This document shows, one piece after another, positions 12,951-24,770 of a DNA stretch of 64,000 nt. Origin of the DNA: Octopus sinensis (lineage: Eukaryota). Each line of letters begins with the position of its first letter. Within the stretch, counting starts at the first letter, position 1. Under the pieces are notes generated by a model. It had not been told where the DNA came from. It searched no databases and saw nothing but the letters and a program-made list of their open reading frames with translations. The stretch lies in contig NW_021833430.1 of assembly GCF_006345805.1 (NCBI RefSeq), positions 9,815-73,814 of the forward strand. The letters are read 5' to 3'. A program made the translations under genes and the position numbers.

Positions 12951-13204
12951 TCAACTGATGGGGAGAATAATATTGCAGTAAGTGGTTTTATGCAAGGTGA
13001 TGACTGGTTAGGGGACAGTAAAATGTGTCTTGCAGTAGACATCAGGAAAAAAGGGGGAAAAACCTTGGTCTACACCACTTATCGGACACATAATCATTGA
13101 AAACAAAGCTGTACAATTTTGTACCTCATGCAGTTGAGTATAGAAGACAACCATGATTAACCAATTATTGCTAGAGCATTCTTTCAAGTGTTGTATTAGT
13201 TTGA

Positions 13205-13425
13205 CCCTTTCGTTACCAACCCGGCCAAAACCGCCTCTGGCTCTGTAGTACAAATGTCTTGTTTTCAGAAGTTTTGAATTAAAATCTTCCGCCAAACCTT
13301 AGTCACAATTTATGTTCCTAACACTAGCTGAATGATAACTAAGTTATTTTACTAAATTCTTTGTTATAGTTAAAGTAATTGAAAGAAACACAGAGCATCT
13401 CAAAATAAATACAGTAACAAAAGGG
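13205..13425. mobile_element. piggyBac-like (TTAA) MITE
   Basis: TIRs CCCTTTCGTTAC / GTAACAAAAGGG, flanked by TTGA / TTAA. A related diverged copy lies at ~14100-14310. Confidence 0.7.
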
Positions 13426-13455
13426 TTAATGTTATTAAAAATCTTTTATTTTCAG

Positions 13456-13569
13456 ATCAATTTGGCTTGAGGTTGACTGTAGCCACATATCAGAGCTATA
13501 TAAGTGGGTTGTATCAGAGACAAAGCTCTGCTTACGGACTGTCAATATACTTCCTGACTCCTCTGGAAA
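13456..13569 (+). CDS. HEMK1: HemK-family methyltransferase, exon D
   Basis: ttttcag| acceptor and AA|gttagt donor. Translates (G)SIWLEVDCSHISELYKWVVSETKLCLRTVNILPDSSG(K); GxIxLEVD fits HEMK1. Phase 2-2. Confidence 0.9.
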
Positions 13570-13605
13570 GTTAGTAATTTTTCTATTTTCTTAATTGTTA
13601 TTTTA

Positions 13606-14092
13606 ACCCTATCGCATTCAGATTTCTTTGTCAAATGTATTGCTTTTTTATTCACATTCTTCTGACTTAATCACATATTGTCCTATAGCTTCAAGATTTC
13701 ATTGGTGTATTTGTATATTTTTAGAATGACATTGTAGGGTAGGTGCAAGAGGCTGGATCTAGGCAGTTTAAATATATATTTCTTTACTACCCACAAGGGG
13801 CTAAACACAGAGGGAACAAACAAGGACAGACAAACGGATTAAGTCGATTACATCGATCCCAGTGCGTAACTGGTACTTAATTTATTGACCCCGAAAGGAT
13901 GAAAGGCAAAGTCGACCTCGACGGAATTTGAACTCAGAACGTAACGGCAGACGAAATACGGCTACGCATTTCGCCCGGCATGCTAACGTTTCTGCCAGCT
14001 TGCCGCCTTTCATTTTAAATATAAAGGCAGTTTAAATATAAAACAGTCAGAATATTTGGGCTGGATATGGCTGGATTAAATACTAAAGAGTT
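13606..14092. mobile_element. TTAA-type MITE interrupted by a SINE B copy (13778-14008, minus)
   Basis: TTAACCCTATCGCATTCA ... TTAAATACTAAAGAGTTAA ends. The SINE is flanked by duplicated AGGCAGTTTAAATATA (13761-13776, 14025-14040). Confidence 0.65.
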
Positions 14093-14310
14093 AAGGGTTA
14101 ACTCCTTTGATACCAGCCTGCCTGAGACTATCTCCAGTCCTGTGATATAAATTTCTTGTTTCAAAGAAATCTAATTTAAAACTTTCCATTAAAATTTCAT
14201 GTTAATTTACATTCCAAACACCAGCTTAATTATGAGAAAGCTATTTTACAAAATGTTCCATTATTTTCAAAATTAACTGATGTAAAAGTAGTGTATTTCA
14301 ACAGAAATAT

Positions 14311-14685
14311 ACTCTTTTACTCTTTTACTTGTTTCAGTCATTTGACTGTAGCCATGCTGGAGCATTGCCTTTAGTCGAGCAAATCGACTCCAGGACTTAT
14401 TCTTTGTAAACCTAGTACTTATTCTATCGGTCTCTTTTGCTGAACTGCTAAGTTATGGGGGACGTAAACACACCAGCATTGGGTGTCAAGCGATGTTGGT
14501 GGGGACAAACACAGACACACACACACATGACAGGCTTCTTTCAGTTTCCGTCTACCAAATCCACTCACAATGCTTTGGTCAGCCCAAGGCTATAGTAGAA
14601 GACACTTGCCCAAGGTGCCATGCAGTGGGAATGAACCCGGAACCATGTGGTTGGTAAGCAAGCTACTTACCACACAGCCACTCCT
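14311..14685 (-). mobile_element. SINE family A
   Basis: (ACTCTTTT)n tail through ...CCACACAGCCACTCCT head. Confidence 0.87.
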
Positions 14686-14963
14686 AACCCAGACTTCATC
14701 TTTTTAGATTCTTGTCTGATCTCTTATGAAATTTTAGAGGAAAGTAGAGCCTTTTCAGGAGCCTGAGTCATTGAAAGAAATGGCTGTAACAAAGATGGCT
14801 ACTAATTTATTTGTTTAAGATTTTGTCCATCATTTACTGACCACTTATTTTAACTGATCCTTAATTATGATACAGTTTCAGATAATTTTTTACCTTGACA
14901 CTTAAACTTATTACAACAGCTGTTATGAAATTTCTCTTGTAAATTATTTTTGATTTCTTTGAG

Positions 14964-15015
14964 AGACCGTTTCTTCCATTTTATGAGGACTGAAGATGAT
15001 TCAGGACCAGCTTAA
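14964..15015 (+). CDS. HEMK1: HemK-family methyltransferase, terminal coding exon
   Basis: ttctttgag| acceptor gives (K)DRFFHFMRTEDDSGPA*, completing the conserved C-terminal DxxGxxRF motif. The five exons total 480 nt in one frame, with TAA at 15013-15015. Confidence 0.8.
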
Positions 15016-15394
15016 GCAAAACAACAGGTTTATTTCAAAACTTCCTTTATTTAATTGGCAAGACATTAAAGCATAATCAGTGATGAATATGAATTAGTAA
15101 ATCAAAAATTCAGTTTTCTTCCAGCTTGTTCTCTAGGTTAGACTCTGCAACTAAATCAAATATAGCCTATTTTCATTTAACTTCATTATTTTATTATTAT
15201 TTTTTATTTTTTGAGGAAATGGTTTATATTCAAATAGATTTTCTACCTGAAGCAGAAGTACAACCTGCTTAATACTCGAGATGAGCTAAATATAAAGAGT
15301 TATGTACCTTGTCCAGTGTTACATCACAATAGCTTACATATAAGGTTTGGCCTCAACTATTATACTACAATACATAGTTAATTAGTTAGTTAAT

Positions 15395-15568
15395 TTTTGG
15401 CTCAAAAAGCAAAAAGCAAGGCCATGTAGGGGGACATGGAGTTATGTACAGGGTGGTGTTCATGTAAAGAGTTCAAGCCACTTGTGGTCAAGGGAGACTT
15501 TGAACCGAGCGGTCGTCAGCATCTTCACCATCTCGTCCGGCAGCTTATTCCACGGATCCGCAACCCGC
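15395..15568 (-). mobile_element. 3' end of a CR1-type LINE
   Basis: Minus strand translates RVADPWNKLPDEMVKMLTTARFKVSLD, the CR1/L2 C-terminal WNxLP..FK..LD motif. (CTAA)n-like tail. Confidence 0.7.
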
Positions 15569-16074
15569 AGCATGCTATAAATGATATATGATCAGTGTTG
15601 TGTGATGCGAAAATGGGCCTTTATCAAGAGTTTCTTACATCATCTGTTGTAATGTAATGTTATAATGACTATAAATAACTTTAGATAATACAAAGCTCTT
15701 CCATGTATTTCTCATTATTTTTTTAACATTTCCCATATTTTAATGTGTATAAGGAACCCCTAATTTTGGGGTTTTTTAATTTTTGAAAAATGGTTTTGTA
15801 AGGGATTATAATACTATCCATGTATAAGAAACTCCCATACTTCTTAAACCTAATTATTGACAAAAAAGGGTTCCTTAAAATACAGTATATATAAAGTATG
15901 TCTTGTATGTATCATTAGATGTGTGACAGCTACTGTCGAGTTTAGACCTCCATGTAGATAATCATCACTCTGTCTGCTTCCAGTATAAGGGTTTCAATGA
16001 TTTGACTGCTGTATTTAGTAATATTACTGGTTATGATGTACTGAGCTAATGTCAGAGAAATTATGATAAACACA

Positions 16075-16350
16075 TCATTATCATCATCGTTATACATCCA
16101 TTTTCCTTGCTGTGATGGGTTGGATGGTTTGGCCGGGGTCTGGGAAGCCAGGAGGCTGCGCCAGGCTCCAGTCTGATCTGGCAGTGTTTCTACAGCTGGA
16201 TGCCCTTCCTAACGCCAACCACTCCAAGAGTGTAGTGGGTGCTTTCTATGTGCCACCGGCACAGGGGCCAGACGAGGCTGGCAAATGGCCATGGTTTGTT
16301 GGTGCTTTTTACATGTCACTGACATGGACCTCAGTCAGGTGGCGCTGGCA
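16075..16350 (-). mobile_element. SINE-like family C
   Basis: CAGCTGGATGCCCTTCCTAACGCCAACCACTCC core. Confidence 0.75.
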
Positions 16351-16364
16351 TCATCCACGTTTCA

Positions 16365-16570
16365 GCTGAATATACGTCATTGATTGGTTGAAATTACTGA
16401 AATATGACAACCTTAACAAAAAATAACTTCCAAAATACAGAATTTTTTCAACAACACCAAGAGTAAAAGATGTTTTATGTGACACATTCTACAAGTATAC
16501 AAAGTTTGAAAGTGTTTAGTTAAAAAAAATTATTTTTTAAATCTGTCGGTCAAAAGGTAAAGTTCCATAA
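16365..16570. repeat. Dispersed AT-rich repeat (second copy at ~18565-18830)
   Basis: TGATTGGTTGAAATTAC..ATATGACAAC..TTAACA shared between the two loci. Confidence 0.65.
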
Positions 16571-16610
16571 ATGGTATAGATTTGTGTTTATTGGAATTTC
16601 TCAAATATAT

Positions 16611-17008
16611 CTCTTTTCTTTTACTTGTTTCAGTCATTGGATTGGAGCCATGCTGGGGCACTGCTTTGAACGAATCAACCCCAGTACTTATTTTGTTGAA
16701 GCCTGGTACTTATTCTTTTAGTTTCTTCTGCTGAACCACCAAGTTACAGGAACATAAACAAACCAATACCAGCTGTCAAGTGGTGGTGGGAACAGACATA
16801 AATAGAAAGACACACACACAGAAATATGTACCTGTATATATATACAATGAACTTATTTTAGTTCCTGCTTACCAAATCCAATCACATGCCCTTGGTCAGC
16901 CCAGGGCTGTAGGAGAAGACATTTACTCAAAGTGCCACACAGTGGGACTGAACCTGTATCATGTGGTTGGGAAGCAAACTTCTTGCCACACAGCCATGCC
17001 TGCACCTA
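16611..17008 (-). mobile_element. SINE family A (old, diverged)
   Basis: Tail, body and head are all recognisable. Confidence 0.75.
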
Positions 17009-18069
17009 TTTACACACATACACACACACGCATGCATGCTCACTGCTTGTATTTATTAGTATTTTTCAATAAAATATTTCAAAATGCTTTTTAGTTTGAG
17101 TTATAACTGATTTGGTTTATAATTTGTTTTTGTTTTTTTGTTTATTGCAGATTATCTTCTGATTTAGCCGATCTATAATCAGATATTCCCACTTGACATT
17201 TAATTTGTAGGTAGAAACAATAGCATGATGTCGAGGATTAATTAGCGTGTATGTCCATTCTTTTAAAGATGCCAAGATTTAAGTAGTTTTAAGGAAAATT
17301 TGGCTAATATTTCTAGCAGAATGATTGACTTGTAGTAGCTCCTCTGTTGGCTGGTTTGAGTTATAATTAATAATTACATCACTAGGTAAGACAAGCTGAC
17401 ACTGAATCAGCTTCGCTGACTGACAGGTGACAATCGTTTAGAGAATGCGCGGGCTAAGACTACGCGCCTTCACTAGTCAGTTAAGGTGAGACAGTGTCAC
17501 GTGACAACTTGCTTGGGCTGCCTACTGGAGCCTAGCAGCAGGTATTTAAAGGGAAAAATTTGACAAGTCAGTCAGTCACCGGCTGACGCTCGCTGACGAT
17601 ACATCGAAGAGGCCAGGGAACATAAGAAAGAAGACATGCACCCAACACCAGAGCTGAAGACACCTCCGAAAGTGTGGGGGGGGGCCGCCACGTCAAAACG
17701 GTAGAGGAGTAGGGGCCGAAACCGGACGTGGTTCCTCCTGAGGATGTCTTGAGCTAACTGGATCCTATAAAGGAGCTTTTGTGGTAGCAGACCACGAAAC
17801 ACGGTTGTAATTCCTGTTGCTAATAGATGTAAAACTTACTTTTCTAATCTACTGGCCTTGCAAACACTGAAGGAAGCATACAACCTTTCCTCTCGTTATT
17901 ACTCCTTCAATACTTCTAGATATCTAACTTGAATAGTCTCATCACAAGGAATATCTGTTCTCTACCTAAATTATAATATTTGATGCTGTCATTGTTAAGC
18001 TCCAGTTGAAAAATGATTGATCAGGCTTCAGCTATCAGCATCCTATCTTATTTTTGGAGATTGTATAGC

Positions 18070-18387
18070 TGTGTGTTAAGAAGTTTACTTTCCAGCCCCA
18101 TAGTGTTAGATTCAGCCCCACTGTGTGACACTTTGGGAAAGTGTTTTCTACTATTAATGGACCGGCTAGTGGCCGTTCGCCAGCCTCGTCTGGCACCTGT
18201 GTCGGTGGCACATAAAATCACCCACTACACTCTCGGAGTGGTTGGCGTTAGGAAGGGCATCCAGCTGTAGAAACACTGCCAGATCTGACTGGTCTGGTGC
18301 AGCCTTCAGGCTTCCCAGACCCCAGTTGAACCGTCCAACCCATGCTAGCATGGAAAGCGGACGTTAAACGATGATGATGATGATGAT
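18070..18387 (+). mobile_element. SINE A head fragment followed by SINE-like family C
   Basis: GCTGTGTGTTAAGAAG.. head, then ..GGAAGGGCATCCAGCTG..GGACGTTAAACGATGATGATG. Confidence 0.75.
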
Positions 18388-18974
18388 TAACTAGAGGCAA
18401 TTCTTTCTTTCTCTCTGAATTGGTTATATTTCATTATAAGAAATATTGTGAAGAACCATTTGCAGGGAGGGAAAGTGTGAGGAATGCATGGTGTTGACTG
18501 GAAAGGATGAAGGTGGCATCATCTTTGCTCAAATACGAATAGAACAGAGTGGTGACATTTAGTAGAGATGACCTGGATGTAGTTCCTCTTTGATTACTAT
18601 TGCAAACAACAGTAGCTTTCTTCAACTGAATACATATCGTTGATTGGTTGAAATTACCCAGATATGACAACTTTAACAGGAAATAGCTTCTAAAATACCA
18701 AATTTTGTCAAAAATGTTCAAAGTAAACTGTGTTCTACATGAGATTCCACCAGTATATAAAGTTTCAAACTGTTTGGTTAAAAAAAATTAATTAAAAAAA
18801 TCTGTGCACCAAACTGAACAGATCCCAAAATTCTAATTAGTCACAGTTCGTCAATGCTCAGAACAATACTAAAACTGTAGTATGAAAGATGTTTTACTAG
18901 GGTCAGTACAGTCATGCCTTTACACAACCTCTCAGCACCAAATGTCAAGAGTTCACATTTTGGAGAGAGGCTTC

Positions 18975-19203
18975 TTATTTCTTTACTGCCCACAAGGGGC
19001 TAAACACAGAGAGGACGAACAAGGACAGACAAACTGATTAAGTCGGTTACATCAACCCCAGTGTGTAACTGGTACTTAATTTATCGACCCTGAAAGGATG
19101 AAAGGCAAAGTCGACCTCGGCGGAATTTGAACTCAGACGTAACGGCAGACGAAATACGGCTATGCATTTCGCCCGGTATGCTAACATTTCTGCCAGCTTG
19201 CCA
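18975..19203 (-). mobile_element. SINE family B
   Basis: Matches the 13778 and 29162 copies. Confidence 0.85.
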
Positions 19204-20019
19204 CAGCAGTCATATTTCTTGTTTATATTGGAGAGAGGCTTCTGCACATGATTATCAGGATTTGGAACAGACTTCCAAGGATTATCACAAGAGGCATTTT
19301 CGTCAACAAAGTATAAGCTTTTAAATTGTGTGTGAGCAAACACTCCTTGTTATTTTTGCCATTGGAAATGCAATGAACTCAGTGACTGGCCTGTTGAAAA
19401 TCTATAATTAACAACTGTTTACAAATATATGATAGAGATGGAAGAATGTAAAAGAAAATGGTTAAAGCAGTCATATTTGTTGTCTGTATTATGACCAATT
19501 AAGACAGTGCAAAACACTGAACTTGTTAGCTTTATTAACAAATGCCCGGTTTTTTTTTTCTAAAAGTTTCCATCTTTGGCTATAGATAAGTGTCAAGTTG
19601 TGTTATATAGGTGAAAAAATGTTTTCATTATGAGACTTGTTAAAAAGCTTAGAAACTGAAGAAGAAAAAGATGATGTAAACAAACAATTAGAGTACCAAA
19701 ACAAAAAAAAATGGTTCACTTGAACAATATTGATTTTTCTTTATATTTTTAGGTATTTAAACCTGACCCAGTTGGTCACAAATAATGGAAAACCTTTAGG
19801 GAGATCTTGCCAAAGTCTATTGTCTGAGCATCTTCCCTGTAATATATTGCACGTGTGTAGCTGGTGTTCCATTTTACAGTCAAGAGTCTACTTTGCAGTA
19901 ACAGGAACTTCCAATGTGTGTATGAAAGGAGCTGTAGATACCTTGTAGCTATGCACTCTCAAACTACCCTTTATTTTTATATTTATAGATGGAGATTTTT
20001 TGTACATTTGAAAACATTG

Positions 20020-20175
20020 CACACATACACATGTACACACACATGCACACACAAACACACATGCACACACAAACACACATGCACAAGCATTTGCACATAC
20101 ATGTGCACACATGTACACACACAAGCACATGCACACATGCACACACAAACACACACACATACACAAACACAGACA

Positions 20176-20234
<59 letters not shown>

Positions 20235-20440
20235 GCATATGTACGATGGGCTTCTTTCAGTTTCCGTCTACCAAATCCACTCACAAGGCTTTAGTCGGCC
20301 CAAGGCTATAGCAGAAGACACTTCACCAAGGTGCCACGCAGTGGGACTGAACCTGGGACCATGTGGTTGGTAAGCAAGCTACTTACCACACAGTCACTCC
20401 TGCACACACATGCAACACACACACACACACACATGCATCA
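20020..20440 (-). mobile_element. SINE family A 5' half with expanded (CA)n/(TA)n
   Basis: GGGCTTCTTTCAGTTTCCGTCTACCAAATCC...CCACACAGTCACTCC. Confidence 0.8.
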
Positions 20441-21710
20441 CATTTAGACTACAAACTGTGAATTAAGGGGAAACAAAAAAAATAGCTGGTCCGTCACTCC
20501 ATGAATTCTGCCATTTCATCAAACTCTAGTAACACTTTCAAATTTTGGCACATGGCTAGCAATTCTGATGGAAGTGAGTTAGTAAATGACATCGACAAGC
20601 CCCCACCCCACCCCCAGGGCTTGATTTATCGACCTTAAAAAGATGAAAGGCAAAATCAACCTCAGCTGAATTTAAAAAGCCAGAAGGAATGCCACTAAAC
20701 ATTTTATCCAAAGCACTAATGATTCTGCCTACCCACTCTCTGTGTGTGTGTGTGTGTGTGTGTGTATTATAGGCACAGAACCCTGGAATTTGGGGGAATG
20801 GGGATAGTTGATTACTTTACCCCCAAAGCTCAACTGGTACTGTTTTATCAACCCCAAAAGGATCAAAGACAAAGTTAACCTTGGCAGCATTTGAACTCAG
20901 AATGTTAAGTCAGAAGTAATGCTGCTGAGCATTTTATCGAATAGGTTAATGATTTTGCCAGCTTGCTGTCATCTTATCCCCATCTAATAATAATAATAAT
21001 AATAATAATAATTTCTATAAAGGCTTCTTCTTTATTTTCATTCCATGCTGTTCTAGATCACTCTTTTCTTAGACAGTTCCAGTAGAATAACGGTTTTCTT
21101 CTGTGATGAGGTCGCTCCTTACATACCTTCTTCATTTATGGAGAAGAGAAAACTGAGTTGTTCTTACGACTCTTCCTACAATACAATGTGGATGATTCTG
21201 AGAGAGAGAGAAAGAAGCAGAAGAAGAAGAATCGATGCTAGTACTTTATTGGTACTTTATTTGTCAATTTTAGATGGCTGGAAGACTTTCACAGGATTTG
21301 GACTCTGAGTGTAGAAAGCTACAATAAATTCCAGAAGTCATTCTATCAGATGTTCCACTGACTATTAACTTGTTTCTTGTCTAATATCGGCAGAAGATCA
21401 CACATTTTGGGTGAAGTACAGCTTATTAGATTCACCACTGTATTTGCGATACCGATCCTAGAAAGATGAAAGAATTACCATAGTAAAATTTGAACTTTGT
21501 AGGTTAGCAACATTGGAAGATATTTAGTCTGAGCTTCTACCAATTCTACCATCCACTGCCTTTTACAATGATTGTTTGTAATGTAAGCACAAGACCAGAG
21601 CTTTGGAAGAAGGACATTAATTGATAAACACTTTTGTTACTATATTTATGTTGAAATACACCACCAGTGTTAAAAAGGATTTTGAAAATAATAAAGATTG
21701 TATTAAGATA

Positions 21711-22810
21711 TTAGGTTGTCAAGAAGTTCTTGTGGAATTTTTAATTTTGGTTTTAAATGATGTATTTTCAAATTAATTTTCGATAAATTACTTTTACTTT
21801 ATATATAATTTTAAAGTCCGTTTTTCGCTCTATCTAATCGTGTTGCTCTTTTTCTTTTTGAATAATTAGGCCATTTTTTTCCGGAATGTTGAATACAACA
21901 TTGACAAAAAGCAAATTGGCACAATTTTCTTATTCCAGTTCAAGCTAGGCCGAAAAGCTGCTGAAACAGCTCGCGATATCAACCACTAATGAACGTACAG
22001 CACAATGGTGGTCCAAGAAATTTTGTAGTGGTGACGAGAGTCTTGAAGATGATAAGCATAGTGGTTGACCATCAGATGTTGACAACAATCAACTAAGAGC
22101 CTTAGTGGAAGCCAATCCATGCACACGTGTTCGAGAGCTTGCTTCTGAATTAGACATAACATATACGATAATTTCCAACCACTTGAAAGAAGTTGGAAAA
22201 ACAAATATATTTGAGAAATGGGTGCCGTGTGAACGACAACCAAAAAACGCCGTCTTGAACAACAACCAAAAAACGCCGTTTTGAAGTGTCGTCTTCCCTT
22301 CTTTTACACAACAAGAATGACCCATTTCTTGACTGGATTGTGACTTGTGATGAAAAGTGGATTCTCTACGACAACTGACAACACTCAGCTCAGTGGTTGG
22401 ATGCCGACGAAGCTCCACAGCACTTCCCAAAGCCAAAGTTGCACCAAAAGAAAGTCATGGTGACTGTTTGGTGGTTTGCGGCCAGTCTCATCAATCACAG
22501 CTATTGTATCCAGGTGAAACCATTATGGCAGAGAAGTACTGTCAGCAAATGGATGAAATGCATAGGAAACTCCAACAACAACAGCCAGCATTGGTCAATA
22601 GAAAAGGACCAATTCTTCTCCATGACAACGCTCGGCCGCATGTCACACAACTGACCCTGCAGGAGTTGAATGAATTGGGATACAAAACTCTGCCTCATTC
22701 GCCTTACTCACCAGACCTCTCGCTTACCGACTACCACTTTTTCAAGCATCTCAACAACTTCCTGCATGAGAAATGCTTCAAAAACCTAGACGATGCCAAA
22801 CATGCCTATT
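21711..22810 (+). mobile_element. Decayed, 3'-truncated mariner transposon (Hsmar1/cecropia-like) with transposase pseudogene from ATG 21886
   Basis: TA + TTAGGTTG left end. Peptides DKKQIGTIFLFQFKLGRKAAETARDIN, GDESLED, KWVP, IVTCDEKW, LLHDNARPH and YSPDLSLTDYHFF. Stops and frameshifts present; no right TIR seen. Confidence 0.92.
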
Positions 22811-23183
22811 TTTATTTTCCTAAAATTTTCGTTGCGTCTTGCAACCTTTTCAATAGTCTAACTCATATAAAGAATCTTGCAAACCAAATCCCAAAACGAA
22901 AGGTAAAAAATTACTAAAGACAAAATTTGTAAATCTACTCCATACATTGCAAGTTAATGACTTCCTGGTGCCTGATGGGATCTAGTTAAACTTTCTATAT
23001 CAGGTTGGGCAACTGTTGAGAACCTCTGCAGTAGAGTGTTGTGAGTACATGACAGTAGAGTAGAGTTACATGACAACATTCCAGATATCAGGTGTCCAGG
23101 CTTATTCTTTGTTTAATTCAGGAATGCTTCAAAGCTATGGGTAGAGCTATGGGAAAATGTGTCTGACATAAAATGGCACATTT

Positions 23184-23284
23184 ACATCATCATCATCATC
23201 ATCATCATCATCACCATCACCATCATCATAATCATCATCATCACCATCACCATCATCATCATCATCACCATCACCATCATCGTT

Positions 23285-23315
<31 letters not shown>

Positions 23316-23345
23316 CCATCATCGTCATCGTCGTCGTCATCGTCG

Positions 23346-23379
<34 letters not shown>

Positions 23380-23680
23380 TTAATGTCCATCTTCCATGTT
23401 GGCATGAGTTGTATGGTTTGACAGGAGCTGGCCAGGAAGACTACACCAAGCTACTGTGTCTGTTTTGGCATGATTTTTATGGCTGGGTGCCCTTCCTAAC
23501 ACCAACCACCCCATAGTGTGGTCTGAGTGCCTTTTTACCTGGCACCACCACAGGTAAGATCAGCTTCAGCATGGTTTTTACAGCTGAATGCCCTTCCTAA
23601 TTGCCAACCACTTCAGAGTGTGAACTGGATGCTTTTTTTACCTGGCACCAACACTGGCAGGTTCACTAAGTAACTTGCAA
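23184..23680 (-). mobile_element. SINE-like family C with long expanded (CAT)n tail (23184-23378), truncated at the satellite block
   Basis: (CAT)n TTTAATGTCCATCTTCCATG..GCCCTTCCTAA..CCAACCAC, ending at AAGTAACTTGCAAGACA. Confidence 0.75.
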
Positions 23681-23684
23681 GACA

Positions 23685-24770
23685 GTTTTCGAAAATTTTC
23701 ACTGAAAATTTTCACCGAATATTTTCTCCAAAAATTTTTCGAAAATTTTCACTGAATATTTTCGGCAAAAATTTTCGAAAATTTTCACCGAAAATTTCCC
23801 CCCAAAATTTTTCGAAAATGTTAACCGAAAATTTTACCCAAAAATTTTTCGAAAATTTTTCAGAAATTGGCACCGCTGACTTTCCATACTTTGTGATTTG
23901 GGCATCGCTGTCTTTCCGTACTTTGTGATTTTGGCACCACTGGCCTTCCATACTTTGTGATTTTGGCACCAAAAATTTACCCAAAAATTTTCCGAAAATT
24001 TTAACCCAAAAAGTTTTGGAAAATTTCACCTAAAAAGTTTTCGAAAATTTTCACTGAATATTTTCCCCAAAAATTTTTCGAAAATGTTAACCGAAAATTT
24101 TACCCAAAAATTTTGCAGACATGTCACCAAAAGTTTTTCAAAAATTTTTCAGAAATTGTGATTTGGGCACCGCTGTCTTTCCGTACTTTGCGATTTTGGC
24201 ACCAATGGCCTTCCATACTTTACCCAAAAATTTTGCGAAATTTTCACCTAAAAAGTTTTCGAAAATTTTCACTGAAAATTTTCACCGAAAACTTTACCCA
24301 AAAACTTACCGAAAATTTCACCTAAAAAGTTTTCGTAAATTTTCACCGAAAACTTTACCCAAAAATTTACCGAAAATTTTCACCGAAAATATCAAGTAAT
24401 GAGTTTTCGAAAATTTTCACTAAAAATTTTCACCGAAAATTTTACTCAAAAATTTTTACCAAAAATTTTTCGAAAATGTTAACCGAAAATTTTACCCAAA
24501 AATTTTTCGAACATTTCACCAAAAATTTTTCGAAAATTTTCACCGAAAATGTTACCCGAAAATTTTTCGGAAATTGGCACCGCTGTCTTTCCATACTTTG
24601 TGATTTTGGCACCACTGGCCTTCAATACATTGTGATTTTGGCACCACTGGCATTCCATACTTTGTGATTTTGGCACCGCTGGCCTTCCATACTTTGTGAT
24701 TTTGGCACCGCTGGCTTTCCTTACTTTTTCGAAATTTTCCCCCCAAAATTTGGAGAAAACTTTCACCGAA
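23685..24770. repeat. AT-rich palindromic A-tract satellite (GAAAATTTTC / CACCGAAAATTTT) interleaved with a 32-bp satellite
   Basis: Repeated ~10-13-nt units. 32-mer CCATACTTTGTGATTTTGGCACC(A/G)CTGGCCTT at ~23865-23970, ~24155-24220 and 24575-24720 (four clean units at 24591-24718). Confidence 0.92.

Noticed and set aside
22357-22917. SETMAR or another domesticated transposase gene
   Set aside because: Multiple stops and frameshifts, 3' truncation and no SET domain.
23685-24770. Heat-shock elements in GAAAATTTTC repeats
   Set aside because: An HSE needs GAAnnTTC spacing. Here GAA and TTC are 4 or 0 nt apart.
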